A stretch of DNA of 64,000 nt from Utricularia gibba (Eukaryota > Plantae > Magnoliophyta), in NCBI GenBank assembly GCA_002189035.1, contig NEEC01000012.1:2480001-2544000 (forward strand). Direction: 5' to 3'. Of the stretch, positions 57,192-64,000 are shown piece by piece. The stretch's first letter is position 1; each line of letters begins with the position of its first letter. A program made the position numbers and the translations under genes. Under the pieces are notes generated by a model, which did not search any database, had not been told where the DNA came from, and saw only the letters and a list, made by a program, of their open reading frames with translations.

Positions 57192-60100
57192 CAATCAACC
57201 AAACACACCTCAAAACGATGAATCATCCCTATGTAAACTCTCTGAAATAAAACACAAGTAGAAGAAGCCCACTCCTCTCTCCTCCTACTCCACCTTTTCC
57301 TCTCACCCAGAAAAGCTCAAACTCTCTCTCTAGAACAAGAACAAGCGGAGAGGGAAAGAGAGAGAGGTTACTTGATGAGGAAGAGTAAAGTACTTATTGA
57401 GGTTCTTTGAAGGAGAAGCTGTTTAGGAAAAAAAAAAAAAAAAGCACTGGTGTGGTGGGTGAGGAGTGAGAGAGAACTTTGTGATTGGTCCATACTTTTG
57501 TTCTTACCTACACACCAAAACTTAATCTTAAAAAACGCAAATCCATTCCTGTTATTACATCTCTGCCTCTCCCCAATTCCACCATCCCACGCTCCATTCT
57601 CATCTCCAAAAAAACTAAACAGATAAACAACAGACACACTACACAAGAAGATATCTTCCCAGTTCAACCACCACGCCCCGGGGCCCAGCTCCAAGTCACT
57701 CACTCACCCTCTCTGATTCTCTGTAATCTTTGTTTCTTTGGGCGAATCAGTGCCATTTTTTCACCCAAATCATGCTGTTTTTTATTGGTTAGTCCTAGGA
57801 ACGAAGACTGAATCAGTAAACTTGCATTAAGAAGACATGTTCGAATTCACCATCCCACAACGATGTTCCTGCGTCTGTGTATATAAATATGATATATATG
57901 TGTATGATCACGTGAAGGGGTTAGAGGAGTGTATTTTTTGACTTGGGGTGTTGTGATATTTATTGTGTGTGGGGTACGGATAGCCTGGATGCGGATGTCG
58001 AGAATACCAGGAAGAAGTGAAGGGGGGTTTGCAGCTTTTACAGAGGGTTATGTTGTGTGCAGGAACAGGTTCCGGGGGAGGAGGGAGGGGAAGAGGAAGG
58101 GGGGGCTGCTTGGAATGAATGCGCAAGTCTAAATTGTTCCTAAGACTAGAGCCTGTGGCTCGCAACTTGTGAAGTGGTCCTCGCTTTCCAACTAAACCTC
58201 ATTACTTTTTTCTTCTCGGAATATGTATGTATGTATCTGTTTGGGGACCAGCCCCTTCCATTTAATTTCTCTAAATTATCATGTCATTTCCATTCATTTA
58301 TGCCTCCACTAATGATGCACAAAACCCTGCGTTATACGACAAAACACATGATCAGCACAGAGAGAGACCCCTTGTTTATCAGCACCCAAGATGCAGCCTG
58401 GACTTCGTCTTCCCTCAAGCATCAAGCTTGCTTGTGTATCAGGGATTTGGGAGCAGAAAGTCATGCCTTGATTGCCTGTGTCGTTCGAAAGAACCAAGGA
58501 ATGATGATGATAACGATCATGGTGATCCAGACATTCCCTTTAACCCCATTTTCATTGGCGGGTGCTGTGCTACAAAAGGAATTACTAACATACTAATACA
58601 CCCTTAAACACCATTGCTACCAGAAACACACAGAAGCAGAAATCTTGATGACAGAAAGACAGATCGATTCGCACAGCAGAGGGGTTTGTTTAGCCATGGG
58701 GACAAAGATATCCTCAAACCACATTTGATGGAGAAAGAGATGGGAGTGCAGATCGCAGCACTGAGAGAGAGTACGTCACTGAAATCGTGGGGGATGAAGA
58801 AAGGGAGTGAAGTGAAGAAACTTGTGCTCTTGTCAAAAATTGAAAACAATAAAGAAATGCAGCTGGCTTTTATTCCAAGAATCTAACTTTACCAATATTC
58901 AGTAATTTTTTTAATTTTAAAAATTTAAATAGTTATACATATAATTATAAAATTTAAATAATACATATAAAATCTATTAAAGCATTCGATAAATCATCTA
59001 TCCATTTATACCAATTTAATGTGTCAAATATATTGATCTTTCATATTCGTATTTATTAATAGTTTATAAATATGTATTAATAAATAGATATAATAATAAA
59101 TTTATTGTTAAAATCAATTTTTAAAAAATAATTTAAAAGAGAATCAAGTATATATTTAAAAGGTATAATAAAGTTTACGATAATAGAATTTAATTTAATA
59201 GAATGCAACCTTTTGTTGCGGTAATCTATTTTAAAACTAAAACCTCAAAAAACCATAAATTTTGATCGAAATTATGTTTTTATTTTCAGGAAATATATAA
59301 AAAAAAGAGAGAAATCGAAAAAGGAAGGGGGAGCACACGAGGGGTTAGTGCCCCCAAGGCACCTATATTCATAAATGGAAATTAGCCTATAGTTACGGGA
59401 TTATATTTCCTAGCTTCAGTTATTAAATACATTAATGTAGATCAAGGGACAGCATGTGGGGCGGGAGTCCCCAGCCCCAACATGCTCACCCTAGGGACAT
59501 TCCTGGGGAGACCCCCGCCAAATATTTGGTATTTTTTAAATATATATATATATTGAAAAAATAATTAATTTAATAATTAAAATGGATGGGATTCGAATTC
59601 GATCTCCCACTGGGTTGTGGTCCTATCGACTCACTGTTAGCAAATTGAATTTTTGGTCCGCATGGGATTAAATTAAATTAATGTTATTTGGTATTTAGTT
59701 CCCACTTGGGATTTCTTTATTTATATATTTCCAATTACTCCACCTGGTTCGCTTTTCCGGGGGGTCTTGGTATTAATTAAATTCATAAAAAAATGTTTTA
59801 AATGTCGGTATAGTTTTAGAAAATCTAAAAATTTTCTGAAATGCGAATGTTACTAAAAATACTGTGAAGTAAGCTTTATTATTAAATATGAATGATTTAT
59901 AATATAAAAAAATCAAAATTCTAAAAGCAATTTTTATTTGTAAAAAAATGTAAAATCTGTCTTTTATTTTATGAGAGTAGAAATTGATTTTCTAGAAGGT
60001 ATACTATATCTTATTTACAAATTTGTTATTTTTAATTTCTATTTTTACGTAATACTAGAAAAAATTTATATTTAAGATGATCGAATTTTACTTTTTTTCT

Positions 60101-61207
60101 TATATATTACGATAAGAATTTCATACTCATTTTTTATACGCATGACTAAGACACTATTTGATATAAATCCAAAAAATAACCTTAAAGAGTGATTTTTTAT
60201 TGTAATAGAGATTATTTATCTTCTTAAAAAATTGAAGCACTTCATTATTTCAATTCAACGTGAATTAGAAATAATATATGTTTTATCCGATAATCGGTTC
60301 TAAAAATATTTTTATTGAATCTGGAAATCTCTAGATACTTCCAAATAAATAGAGGATTAATCATGTTGGGTGTTGTTGGATGGTGTGCAAATTTCAAAGA
60401 TGGGTTAAAAGTTATAAGAATGAATTAATGAAGTAATACCCATATGGGTGGGTTGGATTAGATGGGGATGCAGTTGAGAAAAACATTAAAGAAAAGCAAA
60501 GCGCCATTGAAACTTGCGCTTTGGGCTTTGGCTTTAATCCATCCATCCATAGCGTGGTCCATGGCAGCCATGTGTGTTTCCAATCTGCGTCCCCTTCCCC
60601 TCTGCTCTTCGTCTTCATTCTTGACGCTAGAAGAAGAAGGAAGCTTGGAACTCCATGGCTTCAATCCATCCCTCTCTCTCGTGGTGGGTTTCAGGTGTCA
60701 GTTTTGTTTCCATGGCGATGGGTTGCGATGAGGCAGCATCAACTCCAGACCAGGAGCCATATCAGGAACCCTCAGCTCAGCAGCAGAAGCAGCAGCAGCT
60801 TTTCTTTGAACGATTTCAAGAATCCCAAGGATTTCTATTTTTGTACGTGGATATGGATTTCCTGTAATCAAACCCTACCTCGTAAAGTTATATCTAATGA
60901 GGCAACAATTTTCAAATTTGAATATTGATCATTTTTTTTATATAAGTTTGAATATTTTTCAAAATAATTTTTTTTGTTGGGTAAAACACGATGAAAATAG
61001 CATTATTTTAGAATTATATAAATGAAAATGAATTAAATCCTCATAGTATATCTATAATTATTTAAATAAGCTATAGAGAAACCATATGTGGGAGGGAATT
61101 CGAGAGTTGTGTTCGTTAGCAGCAGCCATGATTCTCAGCCGAGGTTGTCACTGAAGCTGTTCTTTTCGTGGTCGGAGCTCCGGTCTCCCCAGATATTTGG
61201 AGAATCT

Positions 61208-62284
61208 TCACTTGAATTGAGGAAACATCGGCGACATGAAAGGAGAATCCCCTGATTCCAAGACATGGGAAGTGTCAAAGATTGTGTTGCAGAGGCCATC
61301 TTCGATCAACTGCCGCTTGAAGCCCTTCTCACCCAGTGGGAATCGTCGTAAAAAGGAACCAGCCATGTCTGAAGAAGCAAGCATTGTGTCTGTTGTCATG
61401 AAGCCAAGATATCCCAAAGAACAGGCTTGCTGTTGTTACTCGGGTCCCCTGCTGCTGCTGCTGCTTGTAGAAAACGAGAACGAAGTGAGGTGAGGCAACC
61501 ATCGTAAGCTGCCTAAAGGAAAGGACTCTTTTCCCAAACCATGATCGTGTGATGCATTCTCTCGCAGCATTTTTGTTCCTCTTCTTCAGCCCATGGTGCT
61601 GCTTCAAGGTACTCTTAACAAGACGGCACTCCTGCAGCGAATCCAACCACATTCACAGAACAAGAAACAATGTTAACAGACTTATGACCTGAAGTAGATG
61701 TCTTTGAGGCTCTGATTACTCGAAAAGCATGCTTAGTTCGAAGTAGACGATCAAAAGCATAATTCAGAATCATGAAAGGCGATACAGCGGTGAGGACGAG
61801 TAAACATCAGCTTCACTCGTGACTCATTCAGCATCCATAATGTCGGTGTACTTTCAAAAAGTTGACAACAAATCCATGTCATTGAACACAAACTGCAAGC
61901 TGAGACAAAGGCCAAAGAAGAGAGGAGTACCTTGAGAATTCCGAGGACACGAGCAACATCCTCTTTCACAAGCTTTCTCCTCAAATCCTGGGAATTTCGA
62001 AAAGGGTCGGGCTCGAGCCACAACCGGCGGCGGCGGCTACATGCGGTTGAGAAGGCTGGCGGTGAGTGCGGAATCGAACTTGCTCAATGAATTCGAAAGA
62101 TCATTGCGAGCTCCAGGTAAGCAACCGCTGTCACGGCAGGCCTCCGACGCCGAAGGTGAATGCCGGAGCGTGAGATCCGTCAATGAAAAGGGCGTAAAAG
62201 GCCACAAAGCGCGACAGCAGCAGCGTCCGCAACACAATGGGTAGGCATTTCTTCGTGTCTCCGGATCTGTTGCTTCCTCCACAT
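61208..62284 (-). CDS. Unrecognised multi-exon gene, structure unresolved
   Basis: Coding-like blocks RRRRLWLEPDPFRNSQDLRRKLVKEDVARVLGILK (donor after 61931), ECRLVKSTLKQHHGLKK (acceptor before 61631) and a terminal frame LGYLGFMTTDTMLASSDMAG..PQFK* (stop 61208-61210). Promoter-type motifs directly upstream. The 5' part does not stay in one frame. Confidence 0.45.
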
Positions 62285-62365
62285 ATCAACGGCAATTTCT
62301 ACATCAACGGCGACCGACCGACCCATCCCTCAAATCCTCAGTGAACGAAAAAAGAAGAAACGCAT

Positions 62366-62565
62366 ATGGGCCTGATATTAATCAGGCCCATTCCCCTTCA
62401 TTGAAAAATCTCGCTCAGGCCCAGCTCACATTTAAATTCCCATTTTTTATCTTATAATAAAAGAAAAAAAAGATTTTTTCAGAAGCAATCGTCTCCATCA
62501 TCTGGTTCCCATCGTTAGGGTTTTCCTACTGTCCATACTAATAATGATCTCAAGTTCTAGGGTTT
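62366..62565. promoter_or_regulatory. Probable bidirectional housekeeping promoter (site II motifs plus telo-boxes)
   Basis: 11-bp perfect inverted repeat ATGGGCCTGAT-atta-ATCAGGCCCAT (62366-62391) with two site II motifs, a third GGCCCA at 62418, telo-boxes TAGGGTTT at 62516 and 62558. Confidence 0.55.
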
Positions 62566-64000
62566 GATGCTTCGCGGTCCCGGAGCTCGCTCTCCCCCTC
62601 GCAAGAATGTCGCTTCATTTTCCTCTCTCGTAGCCCCTCCCCATCCCGATCTTCGTTCCTATTCCCCGGCCCATGCCGCCATCTCCTTCTCTGGAATTTC
62701 CGGCAGCCGCTTCGATCCTCCGGAATCGCGAACTGGGTAATTGTTCCAAAGGGTTTTCCGTAAGTGTGCATTAATTAATTCCATTATCTACAATTTCAAT
62801 GTGTTTTTTAAATAACATAATTGAGAATGCCACTTTCCCTTCAAAAGCGCATTTGTAGACCAGACCCTATAATAAGGGCATGTGCTGCAAAAAAAATTCA
62901 TTTTTATTTTGAAAATAGATAATTTTTAATATTTATTTTTCGTATGTCCAATAATCACACAAAAAATTATACATATTCTGCCTTATATTTATTTAAAATT
63001 TCATTTAATAATTAATAATTTATTTGATGTATGAAAGAATATATTTAAAAACGAATATCGTATCAACGATATTGTTATGTGATACATAATATCAAATTAT
63101 AATTATTATTGTTACTATATTTAAATATAAAAAAAACAATATCGTTTATCCGTGACATAGTAAATAATATTATAATATTTTAAAGATATATTAATAAAAA
63201 TTTCTAAAGAAATACTTGAATTAGTTAAATTAAAAATAATGCAATTAAAAGATATTGCAATGCAGCCCAATGTACAAACAAATATGAAATTATTGATTTC
63301 ATGATTTCCTTTCCAACATCGCATGGCTTTTCCTATACTAAGAAATGGGGTGCCATAAGGGCTTCTACTATGTTAAAAAATCATCAAGAAGTCATTGGAT
63401 GATTGAACGTTCGTAAACGAGCATGAATTTCGGTTCAAAATAAAATTTTGAAATAATATGGTATGGATCTACGGGATTGAAACGGTTTGGAAGATGTCGC
63501 GTTTTACCATTCACCCATAACAAAATGTTCATCCATGTTGAAAAGTATTGAGTATTATAATTTACAGCGTATATAGGAATAGTAATTTAAGGTAGATGCC
63601 AAGGTATTCAATGTGGCAGGTGGCCGTAACGCCTGGTCCCGAAGAATTAAGTATTGATCACTGATTAGAGAGAGACTGATGCCATCTTATTTTATTAATT
63701 TTTCATATAAAATATTTATAAATAATAATTTTATTTATTATATGACAATTAGAGACAGTTAACTCAACTTGTGCAAACATTTTACCACAGCAAACTCTTC
63801 ATTATTTTTAGCATTAAAAAAGCGAAAATAGAATATTATGTGGGTTTAAAATAATATTATATATTATATAATATTTTATTCATAGATTTAATAAAATATA
63901 GATTACACCGATTTTTTTAATTCTATGTACATGGATTTATTTATAAACATTCCTTTCGTATTTTACTTTAAATCAATTAATATCATTTCTAATTTCAATA

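Noticed and set aside
1051-63324. Most 60-160 aa ORFs in the track, such as 5979-6398, 29426-29731, 39570-40061, 43542-44018 and 54875-55258
   Set aside because: They are antisense or off-frame shadows of real exons, intron read-throughs, or low-complexity AT-rich frames, many starting at TTG or GTG.
1-64000. CRISPR arrays, rRNA genes, autonomous transposons, organellar insertions, prokaryotic operon-like systems
   Set aside because: None seen; the sequence is intron-containing plant nuclear DNA with no repeat-spacer arrays or transposase, RT or integrase ORFs.

Overview
Gene-dense stretch of a flowering-plant nuclear genome, probably a eudicot with a compact genome: short spliceosomal introns, very AT-rich intergenic spacers, no prokaryotic features. 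Reading exon by exon I can support about 16 protein-coding genes of recognisable family: type-A response regulator, CSN6, At4g26450-like, HAPLESS8-like, EamA/SLC35F transporter, mitochondrial bL28, a PLS-E and a P-class PPR, TIFY8, a BRCT protein, CRF-type AP2/ERF, At5g41620-like coiled-coil protein, MAKR, LEA_2/NHL, HIPP and BEL1. There are also one unrecognised gene, an orphan PPR fragment, tRNA-Ile(AAT), tRNA-Leu(CAA), a MIR319 hairpin and hAT-like non-autonomous element ends. I did not find a convincing new multi-gene system. The most notable signals are a 72-nt in-frame intron bounded by a 9-bp direct repeat in the LEA_2 gene (intron-gain signature), a U12 AT-AC intron, two GC-AG introns, a tRNA 63 nt behind a same-strand stop codon, and a recurring pattern of apparent single-base losses at C/G runs in 4-5 genes, most likely long-read consensus errors. 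Family names come from recalled motifs, not database searches.
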